DNA of 64,000 nucleotides from Trypethelium eluteriae (taxonomy: Eukaryota), in the NCBI GenBank assembly GCA_051942245.1, contig JAVECL010000037.1, positions 1-64,000 of the forward strand, given 5' to 3'. The translations under genes were made by a program, and so were the position numbers. Each line of letters opens with the position of its first letter. Positions within the stretch are counted from its first letter, which is position 1. The notes beneath the pieces are model-generated. The model was not told the origin of the DNA. It did not search any database and was given only the letters and a program-made list of their open reading frames with translations. Positions 12,053-25,675 of the stretch are shown here, in pieces.

Positions 12053-14285
12053 TCATCCCTCCTCAACCCATCCGCCAGGAGTAGGAGGTGTGCTCGATGC
12101 AAGTCGGCCTATGTCCTCTTGTCGCTCTATGAGAGACCAAAAGGTTCCAATCCACTCTTCTTCACACGATTCAAACTGTAGTTCCCAATCTTCCGGCCGA
12201 GGTCCATACGTGAAGTTAGCAAGTCGCAAAGGCGGTATCTCGGCGCCGGACCGATAGCGAGATAGATGTGACACCGGCCCATCGGTCCAAAAAGCGCATT
12301 CTATGGACCAGGGTATATCAATATTTGGAGGATGCTCATTCCGAGGATCCAGCTCACTGCAGCAAGCCAAATGCTCCCTCACATCCGGGGTCTCCTGAAG
12401 GAAGACCTGTTGTTCCCGGCGTCCGTACCCGTCCAGATCAATGCCGCAGTCCGAAAGGACACCCAGCCAGACTCGCACTGCACCCAATACTAGTGTATGG
12501 AAGTCATTGTTTTCTGGGGAGTAAAAGTCCATAACCGCGCCTTTGATTAAAGCTAGAAAAGGTGTCGCCGTCCATAACATATATTCTACGTCGAAACCTG
12601 AAGCATCCTCATCCCAACTATGGACGTTCAGTGTGGCTGCTGGCAAGCTATGCCAAGTGTCTAATCCATGCAAGTCTTCACTGATACGCACAAGGCGACG
12701 CAAAAGGTCTTGCCAGCTGTGTTCGTCCTCCTTAGAGAAATATGCTCTTTCATATCCGTACATATACGTCGCCGCATGTAAGAGAGACATGCTTTTCTCC
12801 ACTGATATTTTTACAAATTGCTCCGTGATGCAGCCATCGCTGGATACAGTATACCCGAAAATTTTGGCAGGGCTGGAGGATAACCCGATCCGGAGGCTTC
12901 GGACCGCTGCCAGTCGCAAGACGATCGGAACTGTGTCGTATGATGGAAACCACCAATCGCGTATCATTTTGAATTGTTGCGGACTTCTGACATTACTACA
13001 CAGTGCCCAAAGTGCACGTCTGATATTTCCGTTGTCAATATCCTGAGAGTAAGAGACCAGTATGTTGCACGTCTCATTGACCTCGTCGTCCGAGGTACTA
13101 TGGGACCAGAAGCTGGAGAATAAGAGGGCAGACCTGACATTAATAGATGAGTATAGCGTTGCGGAAAGACAAGTGAGTGGCAAAAACTCTTACTGTCCTT
13201 TTGCATCAACTTCCATGACATCCAGCCCCTGTTCGGTCAAAAACCGGGAAACTTTCGATCTTCCGAACCCCAAAGCTTCCTACAAGCGATAAGCCTTGGA
13301 GAAGTATGTTCATATCTTATGAACTCACATGCTGTAACGTACTGCCACTGAAAAATTCCCTATCAAACAGCGAAGCCTCTCCACGGTCGAAGAGCTCCTG
13401 CAGGGCCTCGATGTTCCCTGCCTGAACACACTTAAACACTGGTGAGTCCCACTGTCGATAGGTATATTTTCTGATGAAAAAATTCCATCCGGAAATAGCC
13501 CTGGCCACCTGTATCTCCCAGATTATTTGTGTGTACCAGGTGGGCAACGAAAATCGCCAAGAAAACTCTTTCGACGTATAATGATACTGAAGACTTAGTC
13601 GAAGGCGGCGTATACTCCACGTAGAGGGCATGGTGGAGTTTGGCTGATGGTTCTGATCTAGATGACGGCTACCTGAGCTAGTCGAGATTCGTCCAATACC
13701 GTCAGATAAGACCGGTTTTGGAATGAGTGTAGTATCTGTAGAGGCTTTAGATCCGATCATGCGAGGTTGCTTTACTGCAGATGATCTGTAACATATCAGC
13801 AACCTAGAAATGAAGAAAGCCAGGTGACGATACAATTGAGATAGCATGTAATTACTTTGAGCACTCTGAACATGCTGATTGGCCAGAATTAAGAGTCGTA
13901 CAGCCCGATCCAGTTTTGTCGTGAGTCTTTCGATGTCTTCCTTCTTGAGGCATATCTTGACTGCGACAAGCTTTCTCCTAAATCTGTGCGTGGAGATCAA
14001 CTTTCTGTCTAGCATTTCAGCAGCATCATTAAGTGACTTTTGCGCTCTGTGACACAGCGCGATGCTTTCCGTAACGTGGGCTGTATGACAAAGGTTTGGA
14101 GGGAGATTTGCGGACAAAAACGTAGCTTCAGTCGCAGACAGGATATTCCCGATGAGCTCGGCTTTTTCCAGAAGATCAGACACTGTTGCTGGCGCTTCTT
14201 TGACTTCGCTCCAGAGACTTCGCAGTTTAAGCACTGTCTTGACAACCTCAAGGCTACTGGCAACGACTCCAAAGATTTCCGCCAT
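12053..14285 (-). CDS. Protein with fungal STAND-type helical N-terminal domain and degenerate ankyrin-like region; function unknown
   Basis: MAEIFGVVASSLEVVK-type N-terminus and SPVFKCVQAGNIEALQELFDRGEASLFD ankyrin-like segment. About three introns (~13786-13833, ~13283-13329, ~13135-13192, approximate). Confidence 0.6.
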
Positions 14286-16118
14286 CAAACTTGTAATGTA
14301 ATGCAACAACAAGCCTTGGAGATATTAAAAAGTGGGATCCAATATCGTATGTTTTGGGATGAGAGAAAACATCATGAAGATGCTACCAGGCTCCGTAGGT
14401 TTATCTCAAGCTTTTCGACATTTATTATGGGGTGGAGCCTGCACCGTCGGCAGATCGCCTGCATGCAGACACAGCCACACAGAACCGGGGTGATACAGCA
14501 CTACGATTGCTGCGTACAGCACTGATTGGCCCAGATATCCATGTTAGCATTGCCTCCGGAATCAGCCTTGGTTGGAGCGTGTGCTGAACTCAGGAAGAGG
14601 ACTCTTTCAACGATATCGCAATCATTATAAAAACTCCACAGTAGTGACACTGACGGTACCATTCAGCTCCGCGAGCAGTGATCTGAGAAATGAGATATGC
14701 AATGTTGAATTCTTCTACTGCTTTTCTTGCTTTACTCTTCGAGCTATGATCTTCTGCAGATGTCCTTGGCAGAGCACGTCCAGTTGCAGGCCTGATTGTT
14801 GACCCTGGGATCATGTCGAGTGGGCACGCGAGCCTCGCAAGCTCGGCTTCGAGACCTCTAGCAAATCACAGAAGAGAGTAATATTGTATCTGGGCTGTCC
14901 TCAATGTCCTTACTTCTGTGGGAGATTTTCTGATTTGGTCTGTATTGAATACGGAGTCCTGTGAATATTTTATCGAAAAGAACCTTAGGTAGGCGACCTA
15001 CGTTTGCCGAACATGCAAACAGCTCTAGAGTACGGTACGCGATGACGCGAACGCGCGTCGGAGATTCGCGACTCAATTATCTTGCAGCGACCAATACTCC
15101 GCAGATCTAGTGCATTCTTCCGGTCTGGTAGAGGCCTCGGGGTTTCGTTCTCGAGCCTTCTTTTCATACAAGGTACGTATGCACACGCGCTCCACGAATT
15201 GCATGAGAACCCGCCTTGGGAGGTAACTTCATGGATAGACAGCAGTAGCCTGACGGTCGTAGTCCTTTTATATCCAAATCCTGCGTATGCTCCAGCACCC
15301 CTGTCAGTCTGGCCTTTACGACGATAGGCAAGCTTCCTCGGCCGCTCTCTAGCCGGCTCGGCCCGTACATCTCCATATCCCGTCCCACGATGGCTTGGAT
15401 GCTCTGGATTCGACGTTCGAGTAGGGCGGACCTCTGTGGCGCAGCTGCGGGCAATAAGCGTCCTGAATACTCGTTCGTTAGCTGGCGTTAACTTTGTTGC
15501 CTCACACATTTTTATCTCCAGTATATCTGGCTTGGCGTAGTCTCCGCCGACCTTGATACTGTTAAGGCCTCCAGACGGGAAGCTTTGTATCTCTTGAATA
15601 CCATCCTTCCAAGATCTGTCTCGGTAAATTCTGCCGACATCAGGTAGAGCAGTCAATCCAAAGATACGCTATCGTCCATTCCAATGCTAATATGGTCCAA
15701 CAGATGATCATATGACTTCATCGTGCTTGCGGAGAGACCGATGGTCGTGTCCTTGCCTCGACGCTGATTCATCGGTATCCATCGCCAAAGATCGGTCTCA
15801 GAGGCTGAAAAAGATGTAATAGAGCACCTACAGTTATCGAAACCATCCGATACTCCAAATTTCACTTTTCGGAAGGAGACTGGGGCTACGTGACAGTCTC
15901 TCAGCACCATCTTGATGATAAACCGTGTCACAAATGCGGAGTCAAAGCCTTGTCTCGCGGAGTCGTGACGAATTTGGGTATACTGATAGTCTGCAAGACA
16001 TAGAATTGACAATAAGTTTGACCGTGTGATGGGTGGATGGGTTCACGCTGATGCTCTGGACTACACAGAATGCGCTGTATCGGACAAGTGATGGAGCTAT
16101 GAAGGCCCTCTTTCATCT

Positions 16119-17571
16119 TTGAAAGGACTTGATACTACTCCACCCCTCAAGCTGACCCAGGAAAACACGGATCTGAGGGTCCGTTCAACCGTTGTATACA
16201 ACGTCAGTATGCTAGCACTTCAGGCCGCAGTTGTCCTCTCCGCGAGTCTACTTGGAAGGGCTAATTGCAGACTGCCTTTCACCGAGTGCCGGACGCAAAC
16301 AATAGATTACCTACTAGTTTGGCTCGGTTCGTCGAAAACAGAGGTGACGATTTCCGCCGATCCACGATCATCGTCTACCGCTAAAGGAGATACGTGATAA
16401 CGAAAATAGTTGTCGCTCGAGTTCTCACTAACGACAATGATAAGCACGGCAACTCCGCAGTTGTTCTTCAGCATATAGATGGTAGTGGACTACCTTACGG
16501 CGGCTGGGGGGTTCCTCAACAGGTAATCAATACAATGTTATTTCGAATTCACTGTTAAGACCTTGTTGGTCCATATTACCACCGCCTTTACATGGGCCAA
16601 CATGGTCATAACAGTTGAACTGAGGTAACATTGTATTAATTACTAGTTGAGAAACCCGCCAGCCGCCGTAAGGTACGAATCAAACCCGGTGGTGAGGTTG
16701 TCGTGTCTTCCGGCGCTTACTGCTTGCCACGACTGTTATTTCTTTCGGATATTCGTTACTCTTTGGAAAAAGAGGAGCACGGAATGAGCCAGCATGTCAG
16801 TCTTGACGTTGGGCGAAAGCTGTATGACCACTCGATGGTGTTTCGGTACTGGATTGCGTCATGCAGGGAAAAGCTGGCAGCTAGGTCTCCACTATTCGTC
16901 GACCCTGCTTTCCAGAAGGCGAACTTAGTGGACTGGCTTGACACAGTTCCCATCTCCTATTCGGGACTTCAGCCGTCCATTGGGAAAGACGAAGGCTCAT
17001 AGGGAAATGATGACCACGGCTTACTCAAAGGTCCATGGTCTCATCGAATCTGATGTCCTTATCCTATGTTTGGTTACGAATGGATTCGATTCAACATGCC
17101 TCTCGACGAGACTCCAATCGTGACTTATCACATGCACGGCCTACCAACCTCTCGGGGAGACCTTTCGCTACAAGTATCAGACTCAACAGCGCTGCCGGTT
17201 ATCGATCCAAAGTATTTTACCACTGAAGTGGATGAATCTGCCCTCGAGAAGCCTACCGTGCCACCTCTCCGTCTCCTGTCGACTCGCCTGAAGGCCAGTC
17301 AATGATGGCCGATGGAACCCCTCCACCAGAACACGAGGAGCTTGGAGCAAACGCTTCTGATGCATCCATTGATCAATAACTCGCAATGAGCGCGACCTCC
17401 TTTTACCGTGCAGCGGGAATGTGTATCATGGGTAGAGTTGCTGCTAGCTCGCTCAATGCCATTGGGGTTTATAAGTTGCGGAAAGTTGACGCTAGTGTCA
17501 TACCTGTATTGCTATTAGGCCATTATCCAGTCTTGGTTCTCGCAATTGCCGGACAGGCTGTTGAGATCTGA
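16119..17571 (+). pseudogene. GMC (glucose-methanol-choline) oxidoreductase pseudogene
   Basis: Fragments in several frames: GEVVVSSGAY..PRLLFLS, VGRKLYDH, PVIDPKYF, SFYRAAGMCIMGRV, LRKVDASVIP. Stops, frameshifts and a MITE insertion; the catalytic His position reads Arg. 5' boundary approximate. Confidence 0.8.
16493..16673. mobile_element. 181-bp palindromic MITE-like element, copy 3, inside the GMC pseudogene
   Basis: TA-ccttacggcggctgg...ccagccgccgtaagg-TA. Closest to the reverse complement of copy 1. Confidence 0.92.
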
Positions 17572-18306
17572 CTTCCGAGTCGATGAGAAGTTGATATGCT
17601 GTCTGGGTTTACATATCTGGCTTTCTTCGAAGCTGGCAGGGGCATTGGGACATCATCTCAGGGTTTACAAGTGCCAGTTGCTTACAACTAAGAAGCAACA
17701 AGAACACCTGCAGTCGATTCAAAACCGATTAACATCGAAACATCTAGCGCACGTTTCATCCACCACCGAAGTGTCTCACATCAATTAAGATATAAGTCTC
17801 AACAGGATCTCCTTTATCCCACACGAGGTGTATCAGCTCGTTCTGTGACTACCCTACAAGGCAGCTCACTTAGCGTTTTGTACGACTTTGCGTGGTGAGT
17901 TTCGGTTCAAGCAATAGTAGTTTTCCTTCAAAGTAAACCTGTCCCCTCGGCCTCTCTCAAACCTGTTCTCGTGCTCGACAAAAAGCGAGTCTTTCCTACT
18001 ATATCAAAGCAGGGACCACAGCACGGGTATCCAGCCTTTTTGGACCAGGTCAGGCTTCGCCGGCTGTTATTGATCCCGGGGATGGATGAATAGCTTTATG
18101 TTTTGCTTCAATCCAGCACATATCCACATATGATACATAAGCAACACATTCCGCGGTAAGCTACCTTTATCTTGCTTTACATTCCCCGGATGTTTTACTT
18201 GATTTTCAGAACCGGTCAGATTCGTTAAATCAATCTCAAGTTAAATATTTGTAACACATAAATTGACAAATCATGAGTCCATGACGTATTTTGACCTTCC
18301 AGTCTC

Positions 18307-21300
18307 TTATTTCAATAGCTTTATTCTTCTCCAGTAGGAGAGATAGGCTTTGATTGTATCCTCTCCAACGGGTCCCATGTTGGCCATAGTTGAGCTCACG
18401 GTGCGCGAGTTGGATGTGTCCAAAACTATAGACCCACACGACATTTTGAGAAAATCGTTTCGAAGAAAGTCTATGAGACCCGATGCAGGATTGTCCACTC
18501 CTGGCGCAGACGCAACAAGTTCCAGCCAACGCTCTAGTGGGATGATGGATGAGCTGGATATGGGGAGCTCCCTAGAGATGAGCATCACTGCCTCTTTCCA
18601 ATCCTGTCGAGCGGGATTCTCCAGATGATAGACCATTCGGAGCGGGCGATGGTCGAACAGGATCTCGGAGAGTACTTTGGCGGCTGAATCAACTGGAATC
18701 CAGGACAACGTCTTTTCATAGCGATTAGTAGGACGGTGGTCAGATACGGATTGGGAGGACTTACCCCACGGAGATCGGGAAATTTCCCTATCTTCTGAGA
18801 CGAAGCGCACACGGCGACAAAGTGTTCATTGGCGTTCCAATAGCCACTGCTGGCGCCTGCAATTTGCCCTACTCTGACCAAACCTGCCTCAATCTCCGGG
18901 TAATCCTCAGTTGCGCGTTGGACCATCTTCTCGCATACAAGTTTGGCGTTGGCATAACCGAGCTTAAGCGTCCAGGCCGAATCCTGAACAGCGACTTCAG
19001 GAATCAGGCTTTCTCCCTTTACCAATGGATAGTTACCAACAGTGGAGATGGAAGATATGAAGAGTACTCTTGGTTTCCTGTCCTGATGGTAAAAGTGTGC
19101 CTTGCGAGCTAGCTGGATCAGGTTCTGCAGGCTTCTGAACGAGGCATCATAAGACTGCAGACCCATCTTGAAATTCATCGGCCATGCAATGTGTACAATG
19201 TGCGTTACTTCGGTCGCTAGGCGCTCGTACTCAGACTGTACCAATCCGAGGCAAGGGGCTGCTGTGCTAGTTTGGCGTATCTCGACCTTGGTCCACATGT
19301 CATCACTTACTGAGATGCCCCGTGATTTCATGGCAAGTCGTTGGGCTTCAATTGGAGTCTCTCTCCCGGGTCTGTTCAGACAGATGACGCAATCCACTGA
19401 GTCATCCTTGAGAAGCTGTTCAAGGAAGAAGGAACCCAAGCTTCCAGTGGCGCCTGTAAGTAAGACCACTTTCTTTCGATCCCCACGATTATCTCTGCCG
19501 GTGTACTTACTGACAAGCTGTTCTATGAGTTCTGATTCATGTATGATCCCGTTTGGTGTCGAATGTTTTGGAATCAACGCCTCAACAAGCATGCTGACAG
19601 ATGGATGAAGATACACAAAGTCGTCGGTGATCTCATCAACGGGCAGGACGCGGTCTGCCTCAGACCCAAGCGCGGCATGTGTCGCGCGTATCGAGGCTGT
19701 TAGCAACCTTCGCAGCTTAGTTGCCTGAAGACTATCCATTCCCCAAGCAAAGAAGTCGTCGTTGTCCTGCATGTCGACATCATGTGCTTGCCACTGGACG
19801 TTTTCTGTCACAAGAGCCCTAATACTTGTCCGCGGCGAGGACAAGTCAAGCGGGGGTGCGGCTACATTTGCCTCCAGATTGCGATAGAGCTCCGCTATCT
19901 CTTCACCAAACTTCTTGGCCACCGTATTTCGGAGGATAGTCCCCTTATCTGATCGTGGGAGGGCGCCGGGCGGTACAACCAGTATGGCAGCTAGCGACGT
20001 GATCCTAGCATGGGCATCCATTTCACGGCCGGCAGCCTCGATTGCTGGCCATATCGACGCCTTGAAGTTCTCCATCTCGTCATCTCTGATGACTTTGGTG
20101 GACTCGATGATGATCACCAATTCAAACTGCTTCTCTCCAAAGCCAGTGGCATCCTTTACGCCGTCGTGCTGTCTGAGGAGAGATTCCAATATGGTAGGCC
20201 GTACTTTCTCGCCTGTTGCAAGGCAAATTAAGTCATCAGTACGGCCGGCAATAAAGAATTCTAGTTGTCCGATGTCGCTTTCCAGGGGTAACTCCCGCCT
20301 GGTTACGATCAGATCTTGGAGCTCGAAGCGCTCTTTCCATCCGAATGGCCGCAGACTAAGCTTATACTTATAGGCTCGCTCAGAGTCGGAGTCAGGCTGC
20401 TGATCCTCGTCCACGTCGACATGATCCAGTCTGACTTGAAGCGGTTTAAGTGTGTCACTTCGCAGCTTCAGTCGACGCCAGTCATATCCCCTAGCAGGTA
20501 TGAAAAACGGGGTCAGTGGTCCAGTTTCGGTAGCGCCGTATTGCATGACCAATCTTACTCCAGCAGCGTCGAGCCTGTCTCCGACAGACGCCTTCGGTGC
20601 GCCACCACCAAAACCAACAAAATCCAGTGCTCGAAGTACCTCATGCCCTTTGTTCTCCGGTAGAGACTCAATCTCCTCCAAAATCGACGGCACGGTTAAC
20701 AATGCTTTCGCTCCAGCTTCTTCTATGAGCGATGCAGTGGATGCACCATTCGGAATCATAGAAGGTGGAGGGATGCATATCGTTTTGCCAATACTGAGAG
20801 ACAAGCAGATTGCCACGAAGCCAAATCCCTGTCGCCACAGTTAATGCGAAGCTCGCAGCATCATTCGCTTTCTCAAGACTTACGTGAAAGAATGGCAGTG
20901 TCGAGACGGTAAGACCGTGAGCTTCCTCATTGGAATTGAAGGTATGACATGTTGCGTAACCCAAGTAATATCGATGGGAGCAGGGAATTGGCTTCGGGAG
21001 CCCTGAAGTCCCTGAAGAATGGAGAATGAGCACTTGGCGGTCGTCTTCGGAGACGAAGTGGCTTGAATGCGCCACTCGCATAGGTTGATATACATCTGCA
21101 AACTCCTCATCTTTCAGAAAATCTTCATATCCAGCTGCTTGGCGGATTTTCATTTCATTTTCAGCTCCTCTTCCTTTACCATTCTCTACGGCAGGGAAAG
21201 CTTCAGAAGCAAGGGGTTGCAGGCGTGGCGATACAACAACGAACTTCGCGCCTGTTTCTCGGATGAGATGGCGCACGGCAGGTGCACTCAAGCGCGCCGA

Positions 21301-21654
21301 TAGCAGTATAACTGGCACACCAAGACCCATCAGTGCGAGCACATAGATCGCTAGACCCACGTGACTTTCCATCAGGATGGCAACGGGCGCGCATTTCTTC
21401 ACTTGCCCGTTAGTATCGATGATAGGCGCGTGAAGACCAATGGCATCTTCTTTCAGCCAAGCCTGACAGCGGGTTATAGCTCGCTGTAGCCTCTCGTAGT
21501 TCACTGTCACAAAACGATTGTTCTTTTCCGCTTGGATACAGAAAAGGTGCTGCGGATTATTTTCACCGTGGAAGTCAACGAGTTCAGGCAATGTTCGTAT
21601 GCCCGGCCCCATTCCGGGGTCCAGATTCACTTTGGGTGTTATGAAAGCTGCCAT
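18307..21654 (-). CDS. NRPS-like carboxylic acid reductase (A-T-R)
   Basis: A domain ILHSSGTSGLPKP, YGATETG, GRTDD; T domain FFAWGMDSL; R domain LLTGATGSLG and GYANAK. Introns 20829-20883 and 18712-18764. Start MAAFITPK at 21654 is inferred. Confidence 0.92.
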
Positions 21655-21929
21655 ATTTGTAGAGACCGTCATCCCAGCGAATGCTTGTATGTGAAGGTCG
21701 ACGACTGGAGGGATGCCTGTTGCTAGGTTATGAACTTTTCCAGCTACGAAATCACGAAAAACGCCCTTTAGTGCCCATCTGTCCAATGCAAGCAGAGATA
21801 TGTCGACAGGTGGTGGGTTCTCGTTGCTGTTGACCTCAGCTATGAAAGGCAAACCAATCAGGCTTGGTGGGCCCAAGTTGGGGACACCGGCAGCCCGAGT
21901 GGCCGGGAGCAGTTATTGTGGAGCAGTGG

Positions 21930-21939
21930 AACTCGGGTC
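21930..21939 (+). promoter_or_regulatory. Cluster promoter motif AACTCGGGTC upstream of NRPS-like gene
   Basis: Exact 10-mer shared with the P450, DMATS and FAD-oxidase promoters. Confidence 0.6.
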
Positions 21940-22117
21940 CCACTTAACTTCACTTCTCGCCCAGCGGCGACTGAAAAGCTCGGAGTTAGAGCTTTGGGTA
22001 GGCGAGCGGTAGGAGCAATGGCTTATGCAATACAATATTCAAGGGTTTCTGTGCCACAGACTTGGTCTACGTGATGTATATATTTACACGTGCCCAGCGG
22101 CACTTAGGAGATCTATC

Positions 22118-23628
22118 TTAATTATCGTTGACAATGCACTGGATTTTGAGGCCTGCACTGTGTTTGAGAACGCTTCCCATAATCTCGTGGGCAATACACG
22201 GATCCACCTGGCTCAGAGTCAGAGTGACACTGCCCTTTTGTTTGATTTCTTTGCGAGTTTCGCCATGGGCATAGACACTTGCACTGGCATTGTTCTCAAT
22301 GCCCACATGGTTGCTCGAGCCATCTTTGCTTCCTGGTATATCGAAGTACCCAACATCGAGTAATGCGGGATTCTGAAAGCATTGTTCATCCGTGGCACTT
22401 TTGGCCAACCATGGAGTTTGAGAAGCAGCTGCATCGGACGTTGTGGACTCTAATGCATTGAACCATGCTGTAGAGCCACTACAGGGCGTTGAAAGCCCCA
22501 CGTAAGTCTGGTCCTGTCTTGTAGTACCTGACCAGTGCGGCTCAAACACAGAATTCGTCGTCAAATGCGTCGCTGAAGATGTATGAGGCTGCTGAAAGTG
22601 CGGAATGCAAACGGGATCAATTCTGAGCTCTGAGGGGATGCTGATTTCCTGCTGAGTCATGATACCCCTGGACGACTCCTGAGCTTGGTGTAATTCTGAT
22701 GAGCCGGTATATTCACATTCAGAATTTTCATCACACGCATCCTCATCACCGTCGTCCTCTTCTCCATCACTACCCTGTGGTCCACCGTTCACCATATCGT
22801 CATCATCAAATGGCGGGCTAGGTTGTTGAGCTGGGACAGGGCGTCTAGGAAGTGTTTTTCGGCTCCGACGACCAAGAAGAAGACTCCTTGATATATTCAG
22901 CTAGTGTCACCGTTTGGCACAGGTTTTTTCTGGTCTCACCGATTACGAATATCGTGAGTGGAGCGGTCAGGTAGATCTGATAGCCCGATTTGCTTCCAGT
23001 TATTGCCGTATTTTGTGATGGCGTCCAGCAATTTTCTATCCTCTTCGGGAGTCCATGGAGAGTGCTTGAAGTCAGGCCCCAACACATGCTGCCATCGTTT
23101 TGCACACTCTGCCGCCGAATGCATGTTAGTTGAAGCGGACCGAGAATCATACCGGATGAGTACTTACGGTCTGCATTACGAGTTTGGACCATAGTGGCCA
23201 CTTGACACCATCTATGAGAGCTGAGAGTGAGTCTCAAAATCTGAACAGGGTTGCAAAGTCGAGGAGTAAGAGAATGAGAGGTAACGAACTTGAAGCCTAG
23301 TTGTTCAACTGCTTGCTTGAGACGCTCATCCTCTTCTCGTGTCCATGCCCCCTTTCTGATGTCCAGCTGTATCTTGGACCATCGCTTGCGGCAGTCTTTG
23401 TTGGTGCGATCGGGCAACGATGCAGCGATGTCGTTCCAGTTTTGGACAGTGCCATCTTCGCGCACTATGATACATGATGCAATGATTAGAATTCAGCCGT
23501 AACCCAAAGAAACATGTGACCACATAGGTCAGGAGCGGCAGCAGGCGATTACATTGAATTCGCACCCCATTCTTCAAAATATCATCTTCCTGACTGGTCC
23601 ACCATCGGCGTTCTCGCTGGGTAGCCAT
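22118..23628 (-). CDS. Three-repeat Myb/SANT transcription factor, likely cluster regulator
   Basis: Three Trp-spaced repeats across several introns: [60 protein letters not shown]. Acidic C-terminal region. Confidence 0.88.
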
Positions 23629-25148
23629 TGGCAGATCTTTTTAGCTGTTCCAGTTCCACGATCCGGGTAGCTATCTAAAACATAGCGTTACCGGCTTTAC
23701 TAGCAGACAAAAAGAACTAAAGAAGAACCAATACTTCCTATTATCTAAGTATCCTGGCGTCCAAGGTTTTTGGCTGTATACTAATCGAAATATCGAATGC
23801 TCAGCGCCAGGGGTTGACATTAGAAGTGTCGGCGCTCTGCTGAGAAAATGCCGACAATTTTTTTAGTCGCCGCCCGATGTAAGCCATATCTTACATGCGG
23901 TAAGTCTCGGATGGATTACCCAGGACGCTGGTTTGTGCATACGATGCTCGATATGATAGGTTTTCCCCGAGGCTCACCAAGGGCGATGGAGGGCCTTTCC
24001 AGCCGCACTCAATGCATGCAAGATAGGTAATCGTGCCGTCCCGACTTCCCCCTTTTGAGGCAAAGATTTGCGTACTGCTCCAAGCGAGGATCCGGTTTTG
24101 CAAAAATGCATCGCAAATCTTTGCCCCAAAGGGCCCAAAGGGAAGGACCGGGCCCTACCATGGTTAAGGGAGAGAAAAAAGAAAGGCGAATCGGTGAAGC
24201 TCCAGCCTTGCACCCTCGCATCGATCAAGATACTTTGCTTGGGGTCTTCATCCTGGCTGCCACGCGGTGTGAGCAACATAGCAACTGAGCGCGCGGAATC
24301 CGAGTTTCTTGGGGACATTACGCCCCACTCAGCTCGCATTTGCGGTCTACCTGCTTTACAGCGGAGAGATTAGTGTACCATTTTGGCTCTGCCCCGCAGC
24401 TCCTCATATTTCACCAATCTTTCGTCATTTCAGAGCGGATGCGAAGTACAAACCGCTACTACGTTCAGCATCTTCACGACACATATGAAACTAGTAGCTG
24501 AATGGCTCAATACAAGACAGTAAAAGTGGTTGGGATGAGAGGTCCCGCAGTGTGGTGGCTAGTGTCGGAATCGGATACTGATTTCTCTGTCGTAAAGACC
24601 GACCGGGACTCTACCGCGCATGAGGTCTAATCGTGTAATGCTGATAGAAGAGGGTTTGCCCAGCCCCATAAACCCGAGCAAATCCTTAGTGTGCCACTTA
24701 GCCTCCGAGTCAAGCAGCCAAGGACGTTGCAGATGGGCGCAGTCGGAAGGTGGATCCGGGAGAGCGATTCATGGCTTATAGGGACCCGACTTAATGCTGG
24801 TCCCTGTGTGGTTTGCTACAACTAAGCAGATTACAGTTGGTAGGACTATGCAGGGACAGCCGGCCCTTTGCAGCTTCAGAAACATTCACATTCCAGGCGT
24901 GCCCCCATGCTCCAATTTTGCATGGCACCCGGTGGGAGAAACTGACTAGGCTTTGAAGCGAAGCTTCGATCAGCGCCTGTAAAGTTTGTAAGCTTGGTGG
25001 TGCACACCTAACGATACCTCCTATCCCACCGATCCCTTCCTCTATTACTGTGGGTCGCAGCGCACGAATCATGTCACACTCAAGAAAGCAGCACGTGACT
25101 CATGCTTCATGCGTAGCAGCCTGGCATGGTGTAGGGGAAGAGATACTA

Positions 25149-25329
25149 CCTTACCGCGGCTGGGGGGTTCCTCAACTGGCAATCAATACAACGTTATTTC
25201 GACCTTACTGTTATGACCTTGTTGGCCCATGTTAAGGCTGCGTTAACATGGGTCAACAAGGTCATAACAGTAAGGTCGAAATAACGTTGTATTGATTGCC
25301 AGTTGAGGAACCCCCCAGCCGCGGTAAGG
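25149..25329. mobile_element. 181-bp palindromic MITE-like element, copy 4 (87-bp arms, 7-nt loop, 1 mismatch) in the Myb/PKS divergent intergenic region
   Basis: Arms 25149-25235 and 25243-25329 are reverse complements except G25225/T25253. Flanked by TA. Confidence 0.95.
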
Positions 25330-25675
25330 TACATGACGACCTTGCGATCTGGTCTTCATTTTCAAGCCTTGCACAGAAGCTTCACATTTAGGGTAAATTT
25401 TAATAGCACTTTTCTGCCAGTTATTCAGGTCCTTCATCACATATCACAGGCTTTCAGTCCAGCATATAGTGGAGGTCGCGACGCTGTGACTTACTGGATA
25501 AAAAACCCGTCATCAAGACAGACGGGAGGCGGATTACTTCGTACATTTGCCTTGAACCAGAAACCCTAAGATGTGGCGCGCTGATAAGAGACCCTGAGGT
25601 GCGCTGACGAAAGATGCATAAGAGCCGCCAAGAACGGCTCTTGCTTCTTCTCTGCCGTGCCTACATGACTCTGAC

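Noticed and set aside
14572..16116. Several 70-220 aa ORFs
   Set aside because: No recognisable motifs; possibly a heavily decayed gene but not supportable.
21655..21876. N-terminal extension of the NRPS-like ORF (MGPPSL...)
   Set aside because: It begins at a non-ATG codon; the ATG at 21654 fits better with the motif position, although an ATG a few codons upstream is possible.
4619..25329. Palindromic repeats as a CRISPR array or rho-independent terminators
   Set aside because: Eukaryotic context, kb-scale dispersal, no spacers or cas genes; TA flanks and an empty site indicate a transposon derivative.
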